DNA of 64,000 nucleotides, taken from NCBI GenBank assembly GCA_036493595.1, contig DASXPN010000008.1, positions 12,041 to 76,040 on the forward strand. The letters run 5' to 3'. The notes beneath the pieces are model-generated. The model searched no databases, had not been told where the DNA came from, and was given only the letters and a program-made list of their open reading frames with translations. This DNA comes from Acidimicrobiales bacterium (lineage in GTDB: Bacteria; Actinomycetota; Acidimicrobiia; Acidimicrobiales; JACDCH01). Positions 36,635-45,652 of this stretch are shown in pieces; position 1 is the stretch's first letter; the number at the start of each line of letters is the position of its first letter. The translations under genes and the position numbers were made by a program.

Positions 36635-39198
36635 GTCGGCGACAGACCGGCAGCGGCCCGCGCCTGGTCGAGCGCAGTGTCGAGTGCGCTCGGGTCTTTG
36701 CCGCCGGCGACCGCGAGCCGTGGATCCTTGCCGCCGCCGCCTTTGATGGTCTTCGCCGCATCGGCGATCAGCCCCGACGCGTCGAGCCCGCTGCCCTCGG
36801 CCACGGCGCTCACGAGCGCGGCGCCGCCGCCATCGGGCGCCGATCCGAGCACGACGGCCCGGATGCCGGCGATGTCGCGCACCGCGACCGCGAGATCGCG
36901 CAGGCCGTCGCGGTCGGTGCCGTCGACCCGCGCCACCACGACTCCGTCGACCGCGCTCGCGGCGAGCGCCGTCGACCGTCCGGTCGCCGCTTGGCGGCGC
37001 AACGTCTTGACCTCGTCGCGCAGCGCCTTGATCTCGTCGAGTCGCTTGCGCACGCCATCGAGCAGGTCGTCGCGCGGCACGTTGACGAGCTGCGCGACCG
37101 CACCGACCAACTGCTCCTCGTCGCGCAGACGATCGATCGGACCGGTACCGGTGACCGCCTCGAGGCGCCGCAGGTTCGAGCCGATCGACTCCTCGCGCAC
37201 GATCTTCACGGGACCGATGTCGCCCAACGCCCGCACGTGCGTGCCGCCGCACAACTCGATCGAACGCCGGCCTGCCTCGAGCACGCGCACGATGTCGCCG
37301 TACTTGTCGCCGAAGAACGCGATGGCGCCGAGTTGCTCCGCGTTGGCCTTCGTCGTCTCGTAGTGGTGCACCGGATCGTTGGCGAGGATCTCCCCGTTGG
37401 CGATGTCCTCGATCTCGCGAATCTGCTCACCGGTAAGTGGCTCGTAGTGGCTGAAGTCGAAGCGCAGGCGATCGGGCGCGACGAGCGAACCCTGCTGCTT
37501 GACGTGATCGCCGAGCACTTGGCGCAACGCCCAGTGGAGAATGTGGGTGGCGGTGTGGTTGCGGCGGATGGCGTTGCGGCGCGGGACATCGATGGCGGCC
37601 GCGGCCTCCTGGCCCGCGGTGACCTCGCCGTCGACGATGCGAGCGACGTGACGATGCAGGCCGGGCAGCGCGTAGTTGGTATCGATCACGTCCGCGGTGC
37701 CGGTGTCGCCCACTTGACCTCCGGCCTCCGCATAGAACGGCGTGCGGTCGAGGACGATGGCAACGTTGCCGTCACGTCCGGGTACGACCGCGATGACGGT
37801 GGCCTTGATCTCGAACTCCTCGCGGCCGACGAACTCGGTCGGCCCGAATCGGTCGAGCACAGACTGGAAGTCGGTCAGGTCCGCGTAGAGGTCGCCCTTC
37901 TTGCCCGAGGCCTTGGCCCGGCGGCGCTGCTCGTCCATCAGGCGATCGAAGCCCTCGACGTCGACGTCGACGCCCTGCTCCCGCGCGATCTCCTGCGTGA
38001 CCTCCAACGGGAAGCCGAACGTGTCGTGCAGTTGGAACGCGACTTCGCCCGGCACGCGCTCCGCGTGTTGCGCGAGCGCGTTGTCGAGAAGTTGCACGCC
38101 GCGCGACAGCGTCGACCGGAAGCGATCCTCTTCGCGCCCGAGGATGTCGAGGATCGTCTCGCGGTTGGCACGCAGGTCGGGATAGGCGTCCTCCATCGTC
38201 TCGATGCACGTCCGCGCCAGATCGGGCAGCACGGGTTTGTTCACACCGAGCAGGTACGCGAAGCGAACGGCACGGCGGATCACGCGCCGCAGCACGTAGC
38301 CGCGGTCCTCGTTCGACGGGATCACCCCGTCGTTGACGAGGAACGTCATCGTGCGGGAATGGTCGGCCAGGATGCGCAGGGCGACGTCGGTCTCGTCGTC
38401 CTGGCGGTACGCGCGACCGGTCAGCGACTGCGCCATCTCGAGGAGCGGCTGCATCACGTCGATGTCGAACGCCGTCCGGCCGCCCTGCAGCAGCATCAAC
38501 CACCGCTCGAACCCGGCGCCGGTGTCGATGTTGCGAGCCGGGAGGTCAGTGAGGCTGGCGTCGTCGTGGCGGAAGTACTGCATGAAGACGAGGTTCCAGA
38601 ACTCGACGTAGCGGTCCTCGGCACCGAACGCCGGCCCGCCTTCGGCGCCCCACTCGGGCCCCGTGTCGTAGTGGATCTCCGAGCACGGTCCGCACGGACC
38701 GATCTCGCCCATCTCCCAGAAGTTCTCCTTGTCGAGCCGCTGGATGCGCTCGATGGGCAGGCCGATCTCGTCGTGCCAGATCTGTTCGGCGTCGTCGTCG
38801 CTGACATGCACGGTGATCCACAGGCGGTCGGCGTCGAAGCCGGCCACCTCGGTCACGAGCTCCCACGCCCACTTGATGGCGTCGAGCTTGAAGTAGTCGC
38901 CGAAGCTCCAGTTGCCGAGCATCTCGAAGAAGGTGAGGTGGCGGCGGGTGCGGCCGAGCTCGTCGATGTCGTTGTGCTTGCCGGCGAGGCGGACGCACTT
39001 CTGGATGGACGCGGCCCGGGGCGGGTTGAACGGCACCGGTTCCTCGCCGAGGAAGTACGGGACGAACTGCATCATCCCCGAGTTCGTGAACATCGGTGCG
39101 GTCGGATGGTGCGGGATGAGCCCGGCCGAGGGCACCACGGTGTGCTGGCGCGCCGTGAAGAACTCCGTGAAGGCGCGCCGCAGCTCGTGGCCCTGCAT
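36631..39198 (-). CDS. alaS: alanine--tRNA ligase
   Basis: 855 aa. Contains FTNSGMMQF, the editing-domain HTATHILH...CGGTH motif, and a C-terminal DHHA1-like domain. Confidence 0.97.
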   Translation of the reverse strand: MQGHELRRAFTEFFTARQHTVVPSAGLIPHHPTAPMFTNSGMMQFVPYFLGEEPVPFNPPRAASIQKCVRLAGKHNDIDELGRTRRHLTFFEMLGNWSFGDYFKLDAIKWAWELVTEVAGFDADRLWITVHVSDDDAEQIWHDEIGLPIERIQRLDKENFWEMGEIGPCGPCSEIHYDTGPEWGAEGGPAFGAEDRYVEFWNLVFMQYFRHDDASLTDLPARNIDTGAGFERWLMLLQGGRTAFDIDVMQPLLEMAQSLTGRAYRQDDETDVALRILADHSRTMTFLVNDGVIPSNEDRGYVLRRVIRRAVRFAYLLGVNKPVLPDLARTCIETMEDAYPDLRANRETILDILGREEDRFRSTLSRGVQLLDNALAQHAERVPGEVAFQLHDTFGFPLEVTQEIAREQGVDVDVEGFDRLMDEQRRRAKASGKKGDLYADLTDFQSVLDRFGPTEFVGREEFEIKATVIAVVPGRDGNVAIVLDRTPFYAEAGGQVGDTGTADVIDTNYALPGLHRHVARIVDGEVTAGQEAAAAIDVPRRNAIRRNHTATHILHWALRQVLGDHVKQQGSLVAPDRLRFDFSHYEPLTGEQIREIEDIANGEILANDPVHHYETTKANAEQLGAIAFFGDKYGDIVRVLEAGRRSIELCGGTHVRALGDIGPVKIVREESIGSNLRRLEAVTGTGPIDRLRDEEQLVGAVAQLVNVPRDDLLDGVRKRLDEIKALRDEVKTLRRQAATGRSTALAASAVDGVVVARVDGTDRDGLRDLAVAVRDIAGIRAVVLGSAPDGGGAALVSAVAEGSGLDASGLIADAAKTIKGGGGKDPRLAVAGGKDPSALDTALDQARAAAGLSPT

Positions 39199-39208
39199 CA
39201 GATCAACG

Positions 39209-39451
39209 CTACCGGGGGGTCGCGACGAGCTCGGCTCGGATCTCTTCCTCGCGCTCGCGCATCGCCTCCCGTCCCTCGCTCACCGCGGCGCGGACGTCGG
39301 TCCCGAACGAGCGGATGGCATCGGCCAGATCGGCCGAGACCCGCTCGGGCGTGTAGCGGGCCACCGTCTCGCGCATGAACCGCATGACCCAGAACGACAC
39401 ACCGAAACCGAAACCGATGCCGACCACCAGCCAGAACAGACGCCGGAACAC
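39209..39451 (-). CDS. small membrane protein (one N-terminal TM helix, charged tail)
   Basis: 80 aa starting MFRRLFWLVVGIGFGFGVSFWVM. High third-position GC. Packed between alaS and the next gene. Confidence 0.6.
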   Translation of the reverse strand: MFRRLFWLVVGIGFGFGVSFWVMRFMRETVARYTPERVSADLADAIRSFGTDVRAAVSEGREAMREREEEIRAELVATPR

Positions 39452-39457
39452 GACGAG

Positions 39458-39832
39458 CTACTCCTCGCCCCGGCGCTTGCGGAAGCGCCGGGCGGCGCGG
39501 CCCGTGCCCGAGGCGAACGCCAGGGTCTTGATGACCGGGTTCGAGAACGCCAGGTATGCCAGCCGTGAGGCCGAGTCGACGGTGGTCGAGATCGACTCCG
39601 CCGTACCGAGCAGGTGATCGACGCGCTCGAGGTCCGCGGTCGCCTGACCCACGGCACTGCGCATCTCGGCGACGACCGGCAGCGTCTCGCGGCGCATCTC
39701 CTCGATCGACTCGCGCAGGATCCGCAGCGTCCGCGTCAGCGCCACGATGGCGAAGATCAGCACCACGACCGCCATGCCGCTCGCCACCGCGACGACCAGC
39801 GCGGCAGCGTCACTGGTGTCCATCGTCGTCAC
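39458..39832 (-). CDS. DUF948-like membrane-anchored protein
   Basis: 124 aa. One N-terminal TM helix, then a helical region (LRILRESIEEMRRETLPVVAEMRSAVGQATADLERVDHLL), as in DUF948 proteins. Confidence 0.6.
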   Translation of the reverse strand: MTTMDTSDAAALVVAVASGMAVVVLIFAIVALTRTLRILRESIEEMRRETLPVVAEMRSAVGQATADLERVDHLLGTAESISTTVDSASRLAYLAFSNPVIKTLAFASGTGRAARRFRKRRGEE

Positions 39833-41189
39833 CTTCGATCTGGGCGGTGGGCGCGGTGTGGGCGTCGGTCACGGTGTGCTCTCGAAGGCGAGCCATACGC
39901 TCGGCGATCTCCTGTTCGAAGCCGTGGGTGGAGGGTGTGTAGTACGTGCGCCCCGCGGCCGCCGGGGGGCGATAGTCCTGCTCGACCCATCCCCGGGGGT
40001 CGTCGTGAGGATAGTGGTAACCGACTCCGTGCCCGAGCTTCGCCGCGCTGCGGTAACCGGTCCCTCGCAGGTGAGGGGGCACCTCGCCGGCCGCGCCCCC
40101 GCTCACGTCCTCCCGTGCACTCCAGATGGCGACAGCCGATCGATTCGACTTCGGCGCGGTCGCGAGATGCACGACGGCCTGCGCCAGGTTGAGCTGCGCC
40201 TCGGGCAACCCGACGAACTCCAGGGCACGCGCCGCGGCGTCCGCGACGACGAGTGCCATCGGATCGGCCATGCCGATGTCCTCGGACGCAAGGATCACGA
40301 GCCGTCGGGCGATGAAGCGGGCGTCCTCACCCGCCTCCAGCATGCGAGCCAGCCAGTACAAGCCGGCGTCCGGGTCGGAGCCCCGGATGCTCTTGATGAA
40401 CGCGCTGATGACGTCGTAGTGCTCGTCCTCGCCGTAGCGGAGTGCCTTCGTGCCGATGGCCGCCTCGGCGTCGGCAAGAGTCACCCGCATGTCATCGCTC
40501 GCAGTCGCCTGCGCTCGCGCCCCGACGAGAGCGACGGCGACCTCGACGGTCGTCAGAGCTTGCCGCCCGTCACCTTGGGTCATGTTGACGAGATGCGCGA
40601 GCGCGTCGTCGTCGATGCTGGCGCCTTCGGCGTCGAGGCCGCGCTGCACGAGTTGTTGCGTCGCGTCGCGGTCGAGCGGCTCGAGCCGGAACAGCGTCGA
40701 CCGTGACATGAGCGGCGGGTTCACCTCGAAGTACGGGTTCTCCGTCGTCGCGCCGATCAGGACGATGAGCCCGCTCTCGACCGACGGCAGCAATGCATCC
40801 TGTTGCGCCTTGTTGAAGCGATGGACTTCGTCGAGGAACAGGATCGTGCCGCGGTCGTGCTCCCCCAACCGACGTTGCGCGCGCTCGAGCACCTCGCGCA
40901 CATCCTTCACGCCGGCGCTCACGGCCGAGAGTTGCTCGTACTCCTTCGACGTCGCGTTGGCGATGAGCCGAGCGATCGTCGTCTTCCCCGTGCCGGGTGG
41001 ACCCCACAAGATCACCGATGACAACCGATCGGTCTCGATCAGCGATCGAAGTGGTGCACCCGGCGCAAGGAGGTGGGCTTGGCCGACGATGTCGTCGAGC
41101 TTGCGGGGCCGGAGACGGTCCGCGAGCGGAGCGCGCCGCGCGAGACGATCGGATGCCGCCGCGTCGAAGAGGTCATCCCCCTTGGCCAC
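39810..41189 (-). CDS. rarA: replication-associated recombination protein A (MgsA/RarA AAA+ ATPase)
   Basis: 459 aa. Contains ILWGPPGTGKTTIARLIA, ILFLDEVHRFNKAQQDALLP and the C-terminal MgsA_C region (YHYPHD). Confidence 0.92.
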   Translation of the reverse strand: MAKGDDLFDAAASDRLARRAPLADRLRPRKLDDIVGQAHLLAPGAPLRSLIETDRLSSVILWGPPGTGKTTIARLIANATSKEYEQLSAVSAGVKDVREVLERAQRRLGEHDRGTILFLDEVHRFNKAQQDALLPSVESGLIVLIGATTENPYFEVNPPLMSRSTLFRLEPLDRDATQQLVQRGLDAEGASIDDDALAHLVNMTQGDGRQALTTVEVAVALVGARAQATASDDMRVTLADAEAAIGTKALRYGEDEHYDVISAFIKSIRGSDPDAGLYWLARMLEAGEDARFIARRLVILASEDIGMADPMALVVADAAARALEFVGLPEAQLNLAQAVVHLATAPKSNRSAVAIWSAREDVSGGAAGEVPPHLRGTGYRSAAKLGHGVGYHYPHDDPRGWVEQDYRPPAAAGRTYYTPSTHGFEQEIAERMARLREHTVTDAHTAPTAQIEGDDDGHQ

Positions 41190-41248
41190 CGGGCGAGGTT
41201 ACGGGCAGATCTGTGCCGTCGAGCGTTCTCGCGTGTCACGATTTCGCG

Positions 41249-41902
41249 GTGAGCGAGTCGTCGATTCTCGTCGTGACGTACGTGTTGGTCGGCCTGGTCG
41301 TCGCCGCGTACATCTGGTTCGTCGTGTGGCGGGTGCGAGCCGAGCGGCGCAAGAAGGCGGCGGACGAAGCGGCGCAGGCACCGATGAGAGCCGCGCTGGC
41401 GACGGCATTCGACTTGCTCCCCACTGGTGAAGACGCGGTTGCCGATTCGGCGCCTGTCGCGGCGCCAGTTGCCGCCGGCATCTCCGCACGTCAGGCCAGT
41501 AACCCTCAACCGCAACCTCATCAAGAGGTCGAGGGTCGCGCGCCGGTCGACGGTGACGCGCCGGCGGCAACGGTGGCGGCATGCCTCTCCGGCGTGCAAC
41601 TCCCGTGCGATCTCACGCCGCTCACGACCATGGCCTCGCGGCCGAACGTCGGCGACCGGGTCGCCTTCTGGACCAACACCACACCCGCCGAGGTCGTCGG
41701 GCCCGCCTTCGCCGATGAGCTCGAACGGCTCGGCTACTCGGTCACCTCGCTCGACCTGTCAACCCTCGCCGCGCAGCGCGACGAAGCAAGGCTCATCGTC
41801 GTCCTCCATCCCGATGGGCTCCTCGCGGTGATCGGCGACAAGCCCGCCTTCCCGTCGATCCCGGAACGGTCGGTCGTCATCGAGACCTGGGTCCCCGAAT
41901 AG
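41249..41902 (+). CDS. hypothetical membrane-anchored protein
   Basis: Track ORF 40997..41902(+), with start taken at GTG 41249, just before the single TM helix SSILVVTYVLVGLVVAAYIWFVVW. No family recognised. Divergent from rarA. Confidence 0.5.
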   Translation: MSESSILVVTYVLVGLVVAAYIWFVVWRVRAERRKKAADEAAQAPMRAALATAFDLLPTGEDAVADSAPVAAPVAAGISARQASNPQPQPHQEVEGRAPVDGDAPAATVAACLSGVQLPCDLTPLTTMASRPNVGDRVAFWTNTTPAEVVGPAFADELERLGYSVTSLDLSTLAAQRDEARLIVVLHPDGLLAVIGDKPAFPSIPERSVVIETWVPE

Positions 41903-41968
41903 CTCGCGCTCGCTGCCGCGCCGCCCATGATGCACGACCGCATCGACGAGCGACGCTGACGACCGCCG

Positions 41969-42547
41969 TCACTTCGACGCAGTCCACGTGCCGGAGATGT
42001 CGCCCCTTGCGCTCCCAACGGTGGGCGCCAGGCCGGAGCAGTGGAACGACCCGCCGAACTGCGTTGCCTCGAGATCATCGATGGACGCAGAGCACGTCGT
42101 CGAGTTGTCCTTCGAGTAGTCGACGGTGTCGGGGTTCGCGATGCTGGCAATGACGTCAGCCGTCTTGACCGCCGGGCAGTCCTCACCCGAGCGCGGCGCG
42201 GTGCCTTTGATCGTGAGGCTCCTGTTGTCGTCCGGCAGAGGAACCACCGAGAACGCACCGTCGCTGAACGTCGCCCACTCGGCGCTGTGCGGTCGGGTCT
42301 CGTCGAAGCTGAAGTCGATGTGATGACCGTCGCTCGTCGTGAGCGTGGCGTTCATGACGATGTGCGAGAAGTCGAGCGACTCCGTCGAGCTCGACAGGTC
42401 GCAGGTCCCCGATGAGCTGGTCGACGTCGAGTCGGCGGGATCGGTCGACGAGCTCTGGGCCGACGTCGAGTGCGAACCGCCGCCGCACGCGGCGAGCACC
42501 ACGGCCAGGACGGCGATGGTTGCGATCGAACGAGCGAGACGGTTCAT
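41969..42547 (-). CDS. putative lipoprotein
   Basis: Track ORF 41969..42607(-), trimmed to ATG 42547. MNRLARSIATIAVLAVVLAACGGG carries a lipobox (LAAC), followed by a Ser/Thr-rich linker and four further Cys. Confidence 0.65.
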   Translation of the reverse strand: MNRLARSIATIAVLAVVLAACGGGSHSTSAQSSSTDPADSTSTSSSGTCDLSSSTESLDFSHIVMNATLTTSDGHHIDFSFDETRPHSAEWATFSDGAFSVVPLPDDNRSLTIKGTAPRSGEDCPAVKTADVIASIANPDTVDYSKDNSTTCSASIDDLEATQFGGSFHCSGLAPTVGSARGDISGTWTASK

Positions 42548-42640
42548 GTTCGTGTTCCTTCCCCAAGAAGTGGCGTGCAGTACCCGCACGCGATGTAGGC
42601 GACGCACGCCGGGACGAATCGGAGTGGTCAGTCGCGGCGG

Positions 42641-44368
42641 TCAGTCCCGGCGGGGCAGCAAACGCAGGCCGAGCTCGGTGAGCTGACGTTCGTCCACGGG
42701 TGTCGGCGCGCCGGTCATCGGGTCGGCGCCCGACTGGGTCTTCGGGAACGCAACGATCTCGCGGATGTTCTCCTCGCCGGCGAGGATGGCGACGAGGCGT
42801 TCCATGCCGAAGGCGAAGCCGCCGTGCGGAGGCGCGCCGTAGCGGAACGGCGTGAGGAAGAAGCCGAAGCGCTTGTTCGCTTCTTCCTCGTCGATGCCGA
42901 GCAGGTTGAACACGCGCTGTTGCAGATCGGGATCGTGGATCCGGATGCTGCCCGAGCCGAGCTCCCATCCGTTGAGCACGAGGTCGTAGGCCTGGCTGCG
43001 AACCGACATCGGGTCGGACTCGAGCCGGTCGGCATCGTCCGGATGCGGATGGGTGAACGCATGATGCGCCGGCTTGGGCCGCCCCTCGTCCGAGAGGCCG
43101 ACGAACATCGGGAAGTCGACGACCCACACGAATCGGTACGGGCCCTCGTAGACCGGCGGCCGGCCGAGATCGTTGCGGAGTTGACCGAGCACCTCGCACG
43201 TCGTCATCCACTCGTCGGCGACGAGCAGCAGCACATCGCCCTCGACCGCTTCCATCGTGGACACGAGCGCGCGTTGCTCGGCGTCGCCGAGGAATTTTGT
43301 CAACGGGGAGTCGAGTGCACCCCCGTCACGAACCTTGAACCACGCGAGTCCCTTGGCGCCCATCTGCTTCGCGCGGTCGGTCAGACCGTCGAGCTTGTTA
43401 CGGGTGAGTGCTTGCGCCGCGCCTGCAGCGCGTATGCCCTTCACCGCGGGCGCCTGGAACACGCGGGCTTCGGTGCCCGCGAACACGTCGGCGAGGTCGA
43501 CGAGCTCCATGCCGAACCGCAGGTCGGGCTTGTCGACACCGAAACGGTTCAACGCGTCGTGCCACGTCATGCGCTCGATCGTCGACGGACGTTCGCCCGT
43601 CACTGCTTCGGCGGCGTCGAGCACCGCTTCGCTGATGAACGCGAGCACGTCCTCTTGGTCGACGAAGCTCGCCTCCGCGTCGAGTTGCATGAACTCGTAC
43701 TGGCGATCGGCGCGGAGGTCCTCGTCACGAAGGCAGCGGGCGATCTGGTAGTAGCGCTCGAGGCCGCCGACCATCAGCAACTGCTTCCACAGTTGCGGGC
43801 TCTGCGGCAGGGCATAGAACGAACCGGGGCTCTGGCGCGACGGGACGAGAAACTCCCGCGCCCCTTCCGGTGTCGAAGCCATCAACGCCGGAGTCTCGAC
43901 CTCGATGAAACCTTGACGTTCCATGGCGCGCCGCACCGCCGAGTTGACCGTCGAGTGAATGGTGAGGTTGCGCTGCATGCGCTCGCGACGAAGGTCCAGG
44001 TAGCGGTACTTGAGGCGGACGACCTCGTCGATCTCGGTGCGATCGTCGAGCGGGAACGGCGGCGGTTCGGCCACGTTCAGGATCTCGACGGTGCAGTCCC
44101 CCACCTCGACCTCGCCGGTCGCCAGTTGCGGGTTGACTGTTCCGTCGGGACGGGCGCGCACGGTTCCGGTGATCCGCACGACGTATTCCGAGCGCAGGTC
44201 GTGGGCGTGGTCGACGACGCACTGAATGAGTCCGGTGCGATCGCGCACGTCGACGAAGGCGAGATGCTCGCCGTGCTCCCGCCGGCGCGCCACCCATCCG
44301 CACACCGACACGACGCTTCCGATGTGCTCGGTGCGCAACTCGCCGCACCAGTGCGTGCGCATGCTCAT
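42641..44368 (-). CDS. aspS: aspartate--tRNA ligase
   Basis: Track ORF 42641..44686(-), trimmed to ATG 44368, forming an ATGA overlap with the hisS stop. N-terminal OB fold (VCGWVARRREHGEHLAFVDVRDRTG) and class II motifs (FYALPQSPQ, GGLERYYQIARCLRDED, GFAFGMERL). Confidence 0.95.
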   Translation of the reverse strand: MSMRTHWCGELRTEHIGSVVSVCGWVARRREHGEHLAFVDVRDRTGLIQCVVDHAHDLRSEYVVRITGTVRARPDGTVNPQLATGEVEVGDCTVEILNVAEPPPFPLDDRTEIDEVVRLKYRYLDLRRERMQRNLTIHSTVNSAVRRAMERQGFIEVETPALMASTPEGAREFLVPSRQSPGSFYALPQSPQLWKQLLMVGGLERYYQIARCLRDEDLRADRQYEFMQLDAEASFVDQEDVLAFISEAVLDAAEAVTGERPSTIERMTWHDALNRFGVDKPDLRFGMELVDLADVFAGTEARVFQAPAVKGIRAAGAAQALTRNKLDGLTDRAKQMGAKGLAWFKVRDGGALDSPLTKFLGDAEQRALVSTMEAVEGDVLLLVADEWMTTCEVLGQLRNDLGRPPVYEGPYRFVWVVDFPMFVGLSDEGRPKPAHHAFTHPHPDDADRLESDPMSVRSQAYDLVLNGWELGSGSIRIHDPDLQQRVFNLLGIDEEEANKRFGFFLTPFRYGAPPHGGFAFGMERLVAILAGEENIREIVAFPKTQSGADPMTGAPTPVDERQLTELGLRLLPRRD

Positions 44369-45627
44369 CTGTTCAGTCCCTCGCGCACCGCGTCGACAAC
44401 CTTCTCTCTCGGAATCGTCTCCTGCGTCGCGTCCGCCATCCGTCGCAGTGTCACCGTGCCGTCCGCCGCTTCCTGTTCGCCGACAATCAGCGCGATGGCC
44501 GCACCGGACCTGTCCGCCTGTTTCATCTGCGCCTTCATGGAGCGCTGGTCGAAGGCACGATCGGCGCGCACTCCGGCACGGCGCAGCTCCGTCGTGAGCA
44601 CGAGTGCGTGCGTGCCGTCGACCACGTCGATGACGAAGACGTCGACCGCACTGGTCGACGCGGCGAACACTCCCTCCGCGTCGCATGCCATCAACGTGCG
44701 CTCGATACCGGAGCCGAAGCCGATGCCCGGCGTCGCCGGGGCGCCCATCTGCTCGGCGAGGCCGTCGTAGCGACCGCCGCCGCCGATGCCGTTCTGCGCG
44801 GCGCCGAGCGAGTCCGCCGCGAACTCGAACGTCGTGCGCGTGTAGTAGTCGAGCCCGCGTACCAGTAACGGCGCCATCTCGTAGGCGACGCCGACCGCAC
44901 GCAGCCCGGACTGCACCCGTTCGAAGTGCGCGCCGGCGTCATCCGACAAGTAGTCGACCATGCGAGGCGCGCCGGCAATGACGCCAGCATCTTGCTCGCG
45001 CTTCGAGTCGAGGACGCGCAAGGGGTTCACCGTCGCGGTCTGGCGCGCCTGTGCACTGAGGTCGCCCGCGTGTGCGTCGAAGTGGGCCCGCAGCGCCTCG
45101 AGGTACTGGCTACGCGACGTGGGATCGCCGAGCGAGTTGAGCCGCAGTCTGTAGCCACGCAAGCCGAGGTCGCGGAAGAAACCGTCGAGCAATGAGATGA
45201 CCTCGACGTCGAGATCCGGATCGAGCGTGCCGATCGCCTCGACGCCGACCTGATGGTGCTGGCGGTAGCGGCCGGCTTGGGGTGCTTCGGCCCGGAAGTT
45301 GGGGGCGACGTACCAGACCTTCCACGGAAGGGTGGGGCGGTGCTCGACGTAAGCGCGCATGACCGAGGCAGTCCCCTCGGGCCGCAGCGCGAGGCGGCGC
45401 CCGCCGCGGTCCTCGAACTCGTACATCTCCTTCTGCACGATGTCTGTCGACTCCCCCACCCGAGCCAGCACCTCGTAGTGCTCGAACATCGGTGGGATGT
45501 GGAGCCCGTAGCCCGCTCGCTCGACATGCTGGGCGAAACGCGCCACGAGCGCGGTCCATCGCCTCGACTCCGGGGCGACGACGTCGCGGGTGCCCTTCGG
45601 GGCGCGGAAGATGTCGGCTTCGGCGAT
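44365..45627 (-). CDS. hisS: histidine--tRNA ligase (probable non-canonical ATC start)
   Basis: Track ORF starts at GTG 45546. The same frame is open upstream and encodes the conserved HisRS N-terminus IAEADIFRAPKGTRDVVAPESRRWTAL. Class II motifs follow (RLALRPEGTAS, GGGRYDGL). See the finding for this gene. Confidence 0.85.
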   Translation of the reverse strand: MAEADIFRAPKGTRDVVAPESRRWTALVARFAQHVERAGYGLHIPPMFEHYEVLARVGESTDIVQKEMYEFEDRGGRRLALRPEGTASVMRAYVEHRPTLPWKVWYVAPNFRAEAPQAGRYRQHHQVGVEAIGTLDPDLDVEVISLLDGFFRDLGLRGYRLRLNSLGDPTSRSQYLEALRAHFDAHAGDLSAQARQTATVNPLRVLDSKREQDAGVIAGAPRMVDYLSDDAGAHFERVQSGLRAVGVAYEMAPLLVRGLDYYTRTTFEFAADSLGAAQNGIGGGGRYDGLAEQMGAPATPGIGFGSGIERTLMACDAEGVFAASTSAVDVFVIDVVDGTHALVLTTELRRAGVRADRAFDQRSMKAQMKQADRSGAAIALIVGEQEAADGTVTLRRMADATQETIPREKVVDAVREGLNR

Positions 45628-45652
45628 GGGATCGGACCCTAGTGGGACCGTC

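Noticed and set aside
36991-39378. Very long antisense ORFs opposite real genes. Examples: 36991..39378(+) opposite alaS, 17453..19447(+) opposite carB, 42824..44770(+) opposite aspS, 10668..12356(+) opposite metK/coaBC, 8038..9261(-) opposite the Eis-like gene, 62491..63549(+) opposite yebC.
   Set aside because: These are typical high-GC shadow ORFs. Their translations are Arg/Gly/Asp/His-rich with no family signatures, and the opposite strand carries unmistakable conserved proteins.
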